A stretch of 64,000 bases of DNA from Lachnospiraceae bacterium (GCA_029007885.1 JAQXIR010000077.1:25693-89692); one strand, 5' to 3'. Positions 8,362-18,898 are shown, counted from the stretch's first letter. A program made the numbers and translations. The notes: generated from the letters alone by a model not told the origin.

Positions 8362-10803
8362 TTAGTCAAGAAAATCTCTTTCGCGTAAAATAATCATATC
8401 TTCATCATCATATCGTTTTGCAAATAAAAGATCGGCTAAATGCTTTAAATTCTTCTTATTTGCATTTTCAATCGCTTCATCGACAATTTCTCTTACATCC
8501 GCAACCGTAACAATATGATCACTTGTCTGAAGTTCATCAATTCTTGTATGAAGAGCTAAAAGTCCCATCTCATCAATGGAATATTCCATATGTTTCGCAT
8601 ATTTCTTTCCGTAGGCAACCAGTGCATCGTCTCCCAGTTCTTCCACTTCAATATGCACATTAAAGATATCTTTCATACCATCAAAATATTCCATCATTTT
8701 ATGCATATTTTTTCTGGTATCTTGTAAAACAACAACAATCCCTGTCTTTTCCTGATTTAATGCCTTCAGCAGATCCTTTGTTGTCTGTGCGTCCATACCG
8801 GATGCTTTCTCTATAATTAGTCCGCCGTTTTCAAGTTTCGATATGGTGGCTTTTACATCACGGTTATTAAAAGAAGTTCCCGTAACCTTTGCAACTTTAC
8901 CGGAGAAATTACGATCTGTTATCTGTACTTCACGAATGACGTTTTTAGCAAGTTCCGTTGTCTCTTCTTCCGATTCACCGGTTACAAATACATTACCGGT
9001 GTATGCCGCAAGGCTGATCTGGTCCAATGCCTGCATCAGACGAATTCTTGCACCTTTCGTCTGTACAAACGGCGCAAACAGAGAAATTTCTTCTTCTGTC
9101 ATTGCTCTGACCGTTTCCGGCTTTTCCTCTGGTTCTGGGTCGGCTTCTTTCGGTTCTTCTACGGATTCTTCTGTAGAAGAATCTGTGATTTCCGGCTCTG
9201 TTTCCGTTTCAGAAATTTCTTCCGGCTCTCCTTCTGCTCCCGTATCAGGTATAGCCTCTTCACTGACCGGTTCTTCTTCCTGAATTTCTTCTAACTCCTC
9301 TACTTCCGGAAGTTCTTCAACACTATCACTTTCTGTATCAAGATCGTTTTCTTTTTCCAATTTTTCGAGAATGCCGTCACGAACTTTTGCATCGAATTCC
9401 GTAAACATGGTTCCTGTCTGCTGAAGAACACGTTGTTTTACTTCTTCTTTGCGCTTCTCTTCGTTTTCCTTCTTGGTTTTCTCCCATTCTGCCAGAATGT
9501 CTTCCAGATTCATCTGACCGGTAATCTGTTTTTCTACCCGCTCACTTTCCGGTACGACCAGACTGATTTGTCCGTCATATTCCTGTGAAAGAAGACGTCC
9601 CATGGAAGAAGGCGGTTCTACCTTTGAAAAGTCCGGATTACTGATATGTGCATTCAGTACTTCCCGAATGGTTGGACGCTCCTCCCGAATTGCTGTTTCA
9701 ACGGCTTCGGCAACCTGTTCCTTAATCAGATTCTTAATTGGTTCTCTTGCCGCTTCAAGCAATTTTTGTGCCGCGTCTTCCGGTATTGTTTCCGATGTAG
9801 ATTCCGGTTCTTCTGAAGTATCCGGCAATTCTTCCGGTTCCTGTAAAGTCTCCGGAACATTTTCCGGTTCGTTATCCTCTTCAAAGAACACTTCCTGCAT
9901 CTGTTCGGTATCCTGCATCATCGGTGCCATAATTGCTTCCGTAACGCCTCCGACGACCGGTACCTCCTCCTGTGTTTCCTCGGAAACAAGAGGTGCAAAA
10001 CCATTCTCCGCAACCAGAACTTCTTTCATGCTTTCTGCCAGTTCCTTCTGGAGATTGATCGTATTATATTTACCGACATCCATTGTCTTAACCTGAATGT
10101 CCGGTTCTTCCTGTTCATCCGCATGCTTTATAGCCGGATAAACAACGGTCTGCTGTTCTTCGTATTCCTTCTGTTCCTTTTGCGGAAGCATCCTCTTATA
10201 GAGTACATCCTGTTCCGGAGAAAGCGGCTGGTGGAGCATTTTTAATTCCATCGCCTTTTTTACATATTTCCCTTCCCGAAACCAAAGAATCAGTTCATCA
10301 CATTCCTCAACGCATTTTGTGGCAAGACCGATCCGATGATACAGATATGCCAGTTCATAGCCCCATTTTTCACGGTATTCACGCTTCTTTAACTCTTCCA
10401 ATACCGCAATGCGCTCTTCTAAACTGACTTCCTGTGCTTCATATATCTTATATTGCAGAATGAATTTTCCGTTATCCGTTGGTGCCAGCTGTACGAATTC
10501 CTTATAGTACTCAATTGCACCGACAATATCATCTGTCTTAATGCAAAGTTCGCACAAAGAATAGACAATTGTTCTGCCACCCGGATATTTCTCATATGCC
10601 CGCAGCAGCAGTTCTTTCGCTTCTTTGTATCTTCTGTTTATTTTATATAAGTCACTGATGGTACAAAGTGTAGAAACACTTCTTACTCTTGACCAGTCAA
10701 TCGTATCCGCTATTTCTACGGCTTTTACGAAATCCCGCTTTGCAATCAATGATTTTATTTCTTCCGAACGTAATTTGTATTCGTATTTATCCAAGGTATC
10801 CAC
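8362..10803 (-). CDS. TPR-repeat protein with two acidic disordered tracts and a C-terminal degenerate SpoVK/CbbX-like AAA+ domain
   Basis: 813-aa ORF. N-terminal TPR-like helices. E/P/S/T-rich tracts. The C-terminal 250 aa are laid out like the SpoVK ATPase but have GESEEETT in place of GxxGxGKT. The exact start is uncertain (GTG 10803 or TTG 10794). Confidence 0.8.
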   Translation of the reverse strand: MDTLDKYEYKLRSEEIKSLIAKRDFVKAVEIADTIDWSRVRSVSTLCTISDLYKINRRYKEAKELLLRAYEKYPGGRTIVYSLCELCIKTDDIVGAIEYYKEFVQLAPTDNGKFILQYKIYEAQEVSLEERIAVLEELKKREYREKWGYELAYLYHRIGLATKCVEECDELILWFREGKYVKKAMELKMLHQPLSPEQDVLYKRMLPQKEQKEYEEQQTVVYPAIKHADEQEEPDIQVKTMDVGKYNTINLQKELAESMKEVLVAENGFAPLVSEETQEEVPVVGGVTEAIMAPMMQDTEQMQEVFFEEDNEPENVPETLQEPEELPDTSEEPESTSETIPEDAAQKLLEAAREPIKNLIKEQVAEAVETAIREERPTIREVLNAHISNPDFSKVEPPSSMGRLLSQEYDGQISLVVPESERVEKQITGQMNLEDILAEWEKTKKENEEKRKEEVKQRVLQQTGTMFTEFDAKVRDGILEKLEKENDLDTESDSVEELPEVEELEEIQEEEPVSEEAIPDTGAEGEPEEISETETEPEITDSSTEESVEEPKEADPEPEEKPETVRAMTEEEISLFAPFVQTKGARIRLMQALDQISLAAYTGNVFVTGESEEETTELAKNVIREVQITDRNFSGKVAKVTGTSFNNRDVKATISKLENGGLIIEKASGMDAQTTKDLLKALNQEKTGIVVVLQDTRKNMHKMMEYFDGMKDIFNVHIEVEELGDDALVAYGKKYAKHMEYSIDEMGLLALHTRIDELQTSDHIVTVADVREIVDEAIENANKKNLKHLADLLFAKRYDDEDMIILRERDFLD

Positions 10804-10890
10804 CTCATTAATTATCTGTGGTAAACAGACTTACCCACTTTTTGTTTCAGTTTATCATACAGAGGGCAAAAATACAAGGCAACGGAATAG

Positions 10891-10930
10891 AAAAGCCAAT
10901 AAATACTATATCTTGTATTTATTGGCTTTT
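10891..10930 (-). terminator. rho-independent terminator after the 1712-aa gene
   Basis: 16-bp stem (aaaagccaataaatac / gtatttattggctttt) with an 8-nt loop and T-runs on both strands. Confidence 0.8.
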
Positions 10931-10954
10931 TGTAAAATAATTCTTAAACGATTA

Positions 10955-13900
10955 TTATTCTATAATCGTCAGTTTCGTTATTTTTGCGGATGCTTTGCCT
11001 CCGTCATTTGCTGTTACCGTTAAGGTGACATTATCTGCTGCTTTGCTTGCCGTAATTGTTCCATCAGAAGTAATCGATACTGCTTTGTTTCCTGATTTAA
11101 AAGAAAAAGCATTCAAATCAATACGATATGTATTCAATTCTTCCTGTGTATAGGAATCCTTTTCCGGCATTCCTTTCCTGCAAACCACTATTGTGGCTCC
11201 GTTTATTGAATCTGAATTAACCGTCTGATTAGAGCCACCCACAACATCATAGTTGCTTGTCTGTTCATTTTTCTTAACAATGACAAGGGAGCCAATTTCA
11301 ATTCGACTTGCCGTTATTTCAATAACATCACTTACGGTAAACGTTGTATTTCCCTTGTAATCTGCAGCAATTGCTTTTATACGAAACTTATTGTCTTCCG
11401 AGTTTTTAGATACTACATAATTGCGATTTACGGTAACTGTTCCATTCTTAATCGTCACTGCCTTATAAAGAGGATTTTCCTCATCAAGTTCATTACCGCT
11501 TGTATCTGTAATCTGCCATGTAACTTTCTTAGTCTTCGGTGTATCTATTCCTGAATTATAAACTACCGAAGCCTTCAGACTGCCGGAAGATTTATCTCTT
11601 TTATAAATCCTAACAGAAGGAACTGTTACTGCAAGACTTGTAATACCCTGTACCACTTTAATTTTAATGGTTGCTTTGGCAGGTATCACTCCATCGATAT
11701 CGCCATCATCTGCTATAACCTCTATTATGTGATCACCAAGTGCCGTATTTTCAGTCGCTGTTACATAAACATTTCCATCTTCACCGATATAAGGTTGCAG
11801 CTTCGTTGTTCCCTCAAAACTAATATCCGTTGCGGTTTCCACGCTTCTATAGGTCGTTACTTTACTAAACTGTGGTGTAGCAATCAGGATATTGCTTTGG
11901 CCTGTGTAAACATTTGTACTTCCTTTTTTTAATTTCAAATTCTTTTCAACACACGCAACAATGGTTGAAATATTCTGTACTTCTTTTTCTTTGCTGACAG
12001 CAAGTGCCTGTTTTTCAGTATTGTTACATTCCTCCGGCGAAAGTGTACTAAAGTCCACCTCTTCCTTCATATGGATAAGAGATACTTTCACATTATATTT
12101 CCAAGCCATTCCGTTGCCAAATTCTTTGTCAACAACCTGTAATCGGCAATCCTGTGATAATCCTTCTTTTTCAACATAGAACACTTTGGTTGTGTTTCCG
12201 ATTTCTGCAGGATTTTCTGTTTCACTTACTGTCTGCGGTATCACGCTCACTTTGTAATATAGTTTTCCGGCAACCGGATCTTTTACACTCTTTGGTGTAC
12301 CAAGTGTTAATGTCAATGAAATATCGTCAGAAGATTTCAATTTTATTGTAGGCGTTGCTTTCTTAAGCGGCTCGTTAGCGGTCATTTTTACCGTAAAGGT
12401 GCCGTTTTGAATATCCTCATTTGTATCCTTATTGTAAATTCTTACGGTTGCAGTTTTATCGCAATCCATTCCCGTAGTAACTTTAAGCATACCATTTGCA
12501 ATGGATGCCTTTACGTCCGGTATATCTACTTCAACGTCTAAAATTTCTGTAGATGCGGAGGTTGGATTCATTTTTATTTTATAAGAATTCTCAGAATCAA
12601 TTACCTGGGACAGCACACCATTCTTCACGCCGGAAACTGTAATTCCTTTTATTACCGGAAGGACTTTTAAAGTATAATTTGCTGCAAGTGAACCATCCAA
12701 TGCATACAACTTAACCGTCAATTTCTTTCCGGCATCTTCTTCATTTATCAAAATTCTTGCAACACTTCTATTCTCCGGATCAATCGTAACTGTCGAAGCT
12801 GCTTTCTTTAACCCGCTTAAAACCTCACCTCTTCTAAACGACACAGAAGTAGAGGCTCCCTTTGTTGCCCCGGCTACATAGGAATGACCATAATTTACAG
12901 TATAAGTATTTTTTACTGCTGCAATTACGTTGTCATCTTCATCAGATAAAGCATTTTCTTTATACAAAGCAGTTGAGAACACCGTAACAGTGCTGTCATC
13001 GTTTGCCTTAACCGCAATATCTCCGCCTGTTGCTTTAACAGATACCTTCTTTGCAGCGGCATCATCTGTTCGCAGCATTGCTTTTTCGATTTTACAATTG
13101 GTAAGTGCATTTACGGAAACAACCAGGCTTTGTCCGTAAGGAACTTCATAAGTAACGATACCTGTTGAACCGCTGTTACTTTCTGATACACTCACAACTT
13201 CTTTAGACCCGATTCTTGCCGATAAAAGTGCAACCTCTTCTTTATTGTATTTTACCGTAATTACCTGCGAAACAGGTAATTCATCAATCACAATTTCCGT
13301 ACCTGTTTCAAAAACACTGCTTGGAATCTTATAGGTATATGGTGTTTTTTCTCCGGAAGTTTCTCCTGTCTGACTTAGCAAGGTTATTTCTTTGTAAGTT
13401 ACTATGGGCTGATATCCCGCCATTGCCTGAACTGTAAATGTAAAATAATTACAATTTTCGGCAACATCATAGATGCTGTACTTTCCTTCTGCCATTTGAA
13501 CAAAAGCATCCGTCTTAACCGAATACGTCATATGCTCCGCCGTATTTCGAATAGAAATCTGCTTTTTCTCAGTTGACGGAATAACACTGGTCTGTACTTT
13601 TACGTTCATCTGCTGACCCATTTCAAAATAATGCGTCAGATACTGATATTCATACTCTCCGATAAGAATACCTTCTTGATCTATTTCCTGATTATCCGCA
13701 GAAATAAATGTGACCTTTTCAATCTGATAGCCCTTCGCCGGTACTATTTTCATCGTTATGTCATCAGATGCCGTTACATAAGTTTCACCGGGCATAAAGC
13801 TTTGTACAGGATTCTTAATAAAACCATCGGTATCTGCTTCTGTTGTCTGAACGCTGTACGAACCGCTTTCTCCTTCTGCAGTAAAAACAAATTTTCTGCA

Positions 13901-16093
13901 GGCGTCCGCCTTCAGTGAAGTATTAATCACTACTTCCGTATCCTCTGTAATCGCCCCTATTAAAAAACATTCTGCCTGAGGATTATAAGAAATTGCTTTT
14001 CCGTTTACGCTCATAGTACTGTAAATGTACTCTCCCCTTGGAGATGTTGGGACAATTCCCACAAGTCCTTCATTTTCAAGAACCGTACATTCACCGTTTT
14101 CCAATAAGATGTCACCTATCTGATTATAGGAACTATCTGACTTTTCAAGTAATCTAACGTATACTTCGTCTAAGGAAGCATTTCCTTTTTCTTTTATACT
14201 AATCTTAAATCTTTCAAGGGGTGCCGCCTTTACCGTAATCAGTGTGTCTTTTGTCGGGGTTACGGTATAAACCGACTCCATGGAATCCTCATCATATACG
14301 GGATTAATTTTCCCTTTATTGTCCAATGTCGTACTTACAAGGACTAATTTGTATTCCGGTTCAATATCTACCGTAAAAGATATGGACTGTCCCTGAGGTA
14401 TCAGGCAGGAATTATTTTCCATGTATTCACCCGTTGTTGTATTATAAACACTTGCATCAATGATATCAAAATATACAGAATACATGGGTGCCGAAGAAAG
14501 TGTGATGACACCGTCTTCAAAATTTCGTCCCAACGAAAACCTATAGGTTCCGTCTTCCTTAATTTCTCTGCGGTCCAATAATGTCGACGTCTCCAGGGAA
14601 GTCGTTCCTTCGTACAGACATTTTACGCCTTTTCCATTTTCAGCAACTGCTTCAAATGCAATTCTTTCTTTATCCCTTACCGTTATTTTATTGTTTTCAA
14701 CCGGTCTGGTTTCACCATCTGCCGTTACGGAAAGTAGTTTTACACCGCTTCCGAGAGAGAAAGTGAGTTCATGTTCTTCTGTCGGTGTGGCATTGATGTC
14801 AATAATAACCGGACCCGGACATGTAGTGTCCGAAGCACGTCTTGGCATGATTTTATATAAAAATCTTCCATCTTTCTGAAGGGTTCTTCTAAGGGTAACT
14901 TTACTGTATCCAATAGAACCACTGTAGATTCTTACACTTCTTACCGTATAATCTTCCGGTTCTTCCACATAAAAAGAGTACTCTGACCCATTGCTTACCA
15001 TTACACTTCCGCTAATGATTTCATCATTAACATCTTTTACTATGGCATTCTCACCGCGAAAAGTAACTTTATACTCTGAAAGTTTCGTTCTGTCTTCTTC
15101 TTTTAAGATAAACGATGACCCATTTTCAATATCCTTTCGTTCGATACGATATTGCCAGGAAGAACCTGAATAATATGGTACTATTTCTTTTGGAGTTTCT
15201 TCTGTTTGATACAATAAAACCGGATAATAATTGTTTCTTTCCTGATAAGAAACCGTATCCTCATTTATTACAATAGTAATATACTGATTCGTTTCCGTTT
15301 TGCCGGGAATAATTTTATATGTTCCTTCTTCAATTTGGGTAACCGTACAATTATTTCCCTTTATTCTATATCTACTATAGGTTAAATGTTCTGCCTCGTC
15401 GTAAACTGTAAATTTGGTCGTGATGTCTTTTTCCTCGAGGGAAAAGATTGCTCCATCTTCTATTTCTGCCAACGGAATCGTATACGATGCGGAAGAAGTG
15501 CTCTGGCTGCCGGCAGTTAATTCTTTACGAACCTCTTCCTTTTCATAAAACAGCATAGGTAAAAATTCATTACGGCGATCGGTTGAATCTGCAATAATTG
15601 AAATTTTAACCATAGGTTCCGCCGGATATGTACCGGTGCTTTTTGTAATTTTATAAGTAGAATCTGCTCCTATTTCTACTTTGCATCCGTATACGCCTGA
15701 CAGTCTAGACAATTTGAAATGGTCACTTTTATCCGCAAAAGAAATTGTCACTTCCGTTACTTCCGGATCATTTCCGGAAACAGAATTTGCTGAAATAGTT
15801 AATTCCGGTTCTTCTTCTGTACTAATTTCTTCCGTAGAAGATTCTTCTTGTGTTAACTCTTCTGTTGACGCTTCAAATTCTGTAGTCTCCGATGTCGTTT
15901 CACTTTCTGTTTCTTCCTCAGTTGTTACCGGTTCCGATGAAGTTTCTTCAAACACATCTTCACTGCTTTCCGTAACAAATTCTGTCTCCTGTGCTGATTC
16001 GACAACTGTATTTTCTGATGCACGCACAGGCATATTTGTGCCTGTAAAAATCATAGCTGCTGTTAGGAGTGTACATAAAAGTCTTTTCCTCAT
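10955..16093 (-). CDS. 1712-aa secreted multi-domain beta-rich protein with Ig-like repeats
   Basis: Signal peptide MRKRLLCTLLTAAMIFTGTNMPVRA/SE, then an acidic T/E/S linker, then many beta-strand-rich modules of about 90-100 aa. The C-terminal modules look Big_2-like (ITSLAVT..., VTLTVTANDGGKASAKI). No LPXTG, SLH or choline-binding anchor is seen. Confidence 0.85.
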   Translation of the reverse strand: MRKRLLCTLLTAAMIFTGTNMPVRASENTVVESAQETEFVTESSEDVFEETSSEPVTTEEETESETTSETTEFEASTEELTQEESSTEEISTEEEPELTISANSVSGNDPEVTEVTISFADKSDHFKLSRLSGVYGCKVEIGADSTYKITKSTGTYPAEPMVKISIIADSTDRRNEFLPMLFYEKEEVRKELTAGSQSTSSASYTIPLAEIEDGAIFSLEEKDITTKFTVYDEAEHLTYSRYRIKGNNCTVTQIEEGTYKIIPGKTETNQYITIVINEDTVSYQERNNYYPVLLYQTEETPKEIVPYYSGSSWQYRIERKDIENGSSFILKEEDRTKLSEYKVTFRGENAIVKDVNDEIISGSVMVSNGSEYSFYVEEPEDYTVRSVRIYSGSIGYSKVTLRRTLQKDGRFLYKIMPRRASDTTCPGPVIIDINATPTEEHELTFSLGSGVKLLSVTADGETRPVENNKITVRDKERIAFEAVAENGKGVKCLYEGTTSLETSTLLDRREIKEDGTYRFSLGRNFEDGVITLSSAPMYSVYFDIIDASVYNTTTGEYMENNSCLIPQGQSISFTVDIEPEYKLVLVSTTLDNKGKINPVYDEDSMESVYTVTPTKDTLITVKAAPLERFKISIKEKGNASLDEVYVRLLEKSDSSYNQIGDILLENGECTVLENEGLVGIVPTSPRGEYIYSTMSVNGKAISYNPQAECFLIGAITEDTEVVINTSLKADACRKFVFTAEGESGSYSVQTTEADTDGFIKNPVQSFMPGETYVTASDDITMKIVPAKGYQIEKVTFISADNQEIDQEGILIGEYEYQYLTHYFEMGQQMNVKVQTSVIPSTEKKQISIRNTAEHMTYSVKTDAFVQMAEGKYSIYDVAENCNYFTFTVQAMAGYQPIVTYKEITLLSQTGETSGEKTPYTYKIPSSVFETGTEIVIDELPVSQVITVKYNKEEVALLSARIGSKEVVSVSESNSGSTGIVTYEVPYGQSLVVSVNALTNCKIEKAMLRTDDAAAKKVSVKATGGDIAVKANDDSTVTVFSTALYKENALSDEDDNVIAAVKNTYTVNYGHSYVAGATKGASTSVSFRRGEVLSGLKKAASTVTIDPENRSVARILINEEDAGKKLTVKLYALDGSLAANYTLKVLPVIKGITVSGVKNGVLSQVIDSENSYKIKMNPTSASTEILDVEVDIPDVKASIANGMLKVTTGMDCDKTATVRIYNKDTNEDIQNGTFTVKMTANEPLKKATPTIKLKSSDDISLTLTLGTPKSVKDPVAGKLYYKVSVIPQTVSETENPAEIGNTTKVFYVEKEGLSQDCRLQVVDKEFGNGMAWKYNVKVSLIHMKEEVDFSTLSPEECNNTEKQALAVSKEKEVQNISTIVACVEKNLKLKKGSTNVYTGQSNILIATPQFSKVTTYRSVETATDISFEGTTKLQPYIGEDGNVYVTATENTALGDHIIEVIADDGDIDGVIPAKATIKIKVVQGITSLAVTVPSVRIYKRDKSSGSLKASVVYNSGIDTPKTKKVTWQITDTSGNELDEENPLYKAVTIKNGTVTVNRNYVVSKNSEDNKFRIKAIAADYKGNTTFTVSDVIEITASRIEIGSLVIVKKNEQTSNYDVVGGSNQTVNSDSINGATIVVCRKGMPEKDSYTQEELNTYRIDLNAFSFKSGNKAVSITSDGTITASKAADNVTLTVTANDGGKASAKITKLTIIE

Positions 16094-16118
16094 CCCATTT
16101 CCTCCTTAATGGCAATCG

Positions 16119-17615
16119 TTAGTTTCCTTTTTCAACTTTTGCCGGTCTGAATTTTCCGTACAATACTGCAAAGATAATGAGAAGAACAATTACACCTGCT
16201 GCCAGTCCTACAAAGCCGTTGCCGGCAATTCCGGCTGCCAAGAATCCTACAAAACACGGAATACAAACTGTCATCGCATACGGAATCTGTGTGGAAACAT
16301 GTTCAATATGTTTACACTGTGCTCCCGCAGAAGAAAGAATGGTCGTATCGGAAATCGGTGAAATATGATCACCGCATACTGCGCCGGAAAGGATAGCTGC
16401 TACACTGACGGTAAGCATCGGGCTGACATCTCCTAAAATAGCAAGTGCAATCGGAATCAAAATACCAAAGGTTCCCCATGATGTTCCCGTTGCAAAAGCG
16501 AGTCCGAGTGCAACTAAGAAGAAAATTGCCGGAAGCAGAATTCCAACCATTGCATTTCCGTTGATTACAGAACTTACATATCCTCCGATATCCAGATAAT
16601 CAGCGCTGCAGATTCCGGATAACGTCCATGCAAGACAAAGAATCATAACTGCCGGAGTCATGGCTTTAAAACCTTTTACAAAGCAGTCACAAAATTCTGT
16701 AAAGCTGATAACTTTTCTCGGAATATAAAGAATAAAAGTAAAAATAAGAGCAATAAAAGATCCCATTACAAGACTGCGTGCGGAAGAACAATCTGCAAAT
16801 GCAGTTACGATATTGGCTCCCTGTGTAATACCGCCTGTATACAACATCATCGCAATACAGCTGATAATCAAAACAAGAATCGGAAGAATCAGGTCTAATA
16901 CCTTGCCCTTATCGGAAACTTCTTCCTGTTCTACCGAAGACTCCTCGATTCCCAAATCACCGGATTCTTCTGCTGCCTTCATTTTGGAGTAGTCAACACC
17001 TGTGAAAATGATAAATAATACAAATGCAAGCGTAAACAAAGCATATAAGTTAAACGGAATGGTTCTGATAAACAGAGAAAAACCGTCAACTGCAGATCCT
17101 TCCGGTAAAGAAGAACCAACTGCTGCCGCCCAGCTGGAAATCGGAGCAATGATGCAGACCGGCGCTGCCGTTGCATCAATAATATATGCCAGCTTTGCAC
17201 GTGTTACTTTATAACGGTCTGTAACCGGACGCATAACTGTACCAACTGTCAGACAGTTAAAATAATCATCTACAAAAATCAAAACGCCCAAGCAGGAGGT
17301 TGCCAGCAAAGAACCTTTCTTAGTCTTGATTGTTTTGGATGCCCAGTTACCGTATGCTTTGGATGCTCCGGATTTTGTAATCAGTGCAACCAGAATGCCA
17401 AGCAATACTAAAAAGATTAATATGTCTGCATTTCCACCGATTTTATCTCCCATAATCTGGAAAGTTGTCTCTACAGAGGAAATAAAATGACCCTGTGTAT
17501 ACAGAAGTGCTCCTGAAAAAATACCGATTAACAGTGACATGTAAACTTCTTTGGTGATCAGTGCGAGTACAATCGCAATGACCGGGGGCAATATCGCCCA
17601 GATAGTAGTACTCAT
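16119..17615 (-). CDS. nhaC: NhaC-family Na+/H+ antiporter
   Basis: Polytopic membrane protein with NhaC-like sequence. The start is set at the ATG at 17615 (MSTTIWAILPP), with GGAGG 8 nt upstream. Confidence 0.85.
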   Translation of the reverse strand: MSTTIWAILPPVIAIVLALITKEVYMSLLIGIFSGALLYTQGHFISSVETTFQIMGDKIGGNADILIFLVLLGILVALITKSGASKAYGNWASKTIKTKKGSLLATSCLGVLIFVDDYFNCLTVGTVMRPVTDRYKVTRAKLAYIIDATAAPVCIIAPISSWAAAVGSSLPEGSAVDGFSLFIRTIPFNLYALFTLAFVLFIIFTGVDYSKMKAAEESGDLGIEESSVEQEEVSDKGKVLDLILPILVLIISCIAMMLYTGGITQGANIVTAFADCSSARSLVMGSFIALIFTFILYIPRKVISFTEFCDCFVKGFKAMTPAVMILCLAWTLSGICSADYLDIGGYVSSVINGNAMVGILLPAIFFLVALGLAFATGTSWGTFGILIPIALAILGDVSPMLTVSVAAILSGAVCGDHISPISDTTILSSAGAQCKHIEHVSTQIPYAMTVCIPCFVGFLAAGIAGNGFVGLAAGVIVLLIIFAVLYGKFRPAKVEKGN

Positions 17616-17684
17616 GAAAAATACCTCCTCATTTGAATATATGGTAAATTCTATCATAATGAGGAGGTAAAAAAAAGTTTTTTA

Positions 17685-18401
17685 TTAGCAATATGTGATT
17701 GTTACTCCGCCAAATGCAACATCTCCGGTTAATGTCACGGTTGGCGTTCCGTTTGTGACACTGCGGTTTTTCTCATCTATTCCTCCGAATGTCGCACATG
17801 CACGATTAATGACATTCCATGTTTTCGGAATAAACAAATCGACACCACCGAATTTGACATCCAGATAAATTGTGGCATTTCCCTGCTGAATCATTGCATC
17901 ATCGAAATATACTTTCATTGAACCAAAACTGCAGTTAATTTTTGCATTAGTAAAATCATCCGAGCGAACATATTTTGCACTGGAAGAAAAACTGGTGGAA
18001 AATGTAAACTCATTATCTGTCACTTCTTCTGTAGAGGAAGAAAAATGGCTTCCATCCGGACGTTTTACAAAACAATCTCCTTCTCTGTATTCATGGTTCA
18101 CACGGTCTTTGAAAATCATGCTTAGTCCGATAGTACCGAATGCCGCAGCTCCAAGTACCGGCCATGGAGTAATTCTTTCAATTCCCAGGAAATCATCATA
18201 CAAAATACATAGAAATGCAATCGAAAATAAAATTCCTCCGAAATCAATATAACGGATACTGCGAATCAACCATGCTGCAAGCAGAATTGTGAAAAACAGA
18301 GTCAGAAAACTGAATCCTTCTAAAATGTCCAGTCTGCTGATAATTAAGAAGACACCACCCAGGATAAAAAACAATCCCCAAAAAATATTTTCTTTTTTCA
18401 T
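17685..18401 (-). CDS. LiaF/DUF2154-like membrane protein, putative partner of the LytTR regulator
   Basis: Four N-terminal TM helices plus a C-terminal beta-rich domain (INCSFGSMKVYF, FGGVDLFIP, DVAFGGVTITY) typical of the LiaF/YvqF C-domain. Lies 20 nt downstream of the LytTR gene. Confidence 0.7.
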   Translation of the reverse strand: MKKENIFWGLFFILGGVFLIISRLDILEGFSFLTLFFTILLAAWLIRSIRYIDFGGILFSIAFLCILYDDFLGIERITPWPVLGAAAFGTIGLSMIFKDRVNHEYREGDCFVKRPDGSHFSSSTEEVTDNEFTFSTSFSSSAKYVRSDDFTNAKINCSFGSMKVYFDDAMIQQGNATIYLDVKFGGVDLFIPKTWNVINRACATFGGIDEKNRSVTNGTPTVTLTGDVAFGGVTITYC

Positions 18402-18421
18402 GATACAAACTCCTTTCCAAC

Positions 18422-18898
18422 CTAATTACTATTTCTTACTTCATCAAGTTTTTCGATGAGCATTTTATAATAATGTCTTGATACAAAAACCTGTTTATGA
18501 GTATGACGAAATGTTACGGTACTGGATGCATACAGATTGCGGTCAATGGAAAATATCCTCTTCGTATTCAGAATTGTGGATTTTGATACCCGCATAAAAT
18601 ACCGCGGCAGTAATTCTTCCAATTCATACAGACGATACTTGATTTCAAAACAGTCATCTGCGGTATGTGCACGAATACCGTCGCTTTCTGTTTCAAAAAA
18701 TAAAATTTCTTCCACCGGAAGATAAATTCTGGTATCACCCTTATAAAATGCGATGTTCGCCTTGCGATTTAATACCTCCGAAAGCACACTCTGCATTTTT
18801 GCGATTTCCGGTGTCAGTTCCTGACAGCGGATAATAATTTCTTCCTCTTGGATACCTGCATCAATATCAATCTTAATTTTCATGCCCGCTAAATCCAC
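18422..18898 (-). CDS. stand-alone LytTR-domain DNA-binding protein with no receiver domain
   Basis: The C-terminal 100 aa have the LytTR pattern (IYLPVEEILFFETESDGIRAHTADDCFEIKYRLYELEELLP..FMRVSKSTILN). The more likely start is the ATG at 18883. Confidence 0.8.
   Translation of the reverse strand: MDLAGMKIKIDIDAGIQEEEIIIRCQELTPEIAKMQSVLSEVLNRKANIAFYKGDTRIYLPVEEILFFETESDGIRAHTADDCFEIKYRLYELEELLPRYFMRVSKSTILNTKRIFSIDRNLYASSTVTFRHTHKQVFVSRHYYKMLIEKLDEVRNSN

Noticed and set aside
9100-9900. Repetitive-looking nucleotide tracts, considered as a possible CRISPR or tandem repeat array
   Set aside because: This is only low-complexity codon repetition (Glu, Pro, Ser, Thr) inside an intact ORF. There is no regular repeat-spacer periodicity.
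8843-10096. Long plus-strand ORFs (146 and 164 aa, Ser-rich) antisense to the TPR protein, and a similar 142-aa ORF at 15681..16109
   Set aside because: They are mirror images of GAA/GAG-rich acidic coding tracts. Antisense of Glu-rich sequence reads as Ser/Phe-rich with no stops. They have no RBS and no independent support.
10804-10890. Possible SigD promoter for the TPR-glgB operon
   Set aside because: Only a weak GATAA-containing match is present. A much better sigma-A pattern (TTGCCT-N17-TATGAT) occupies the region.
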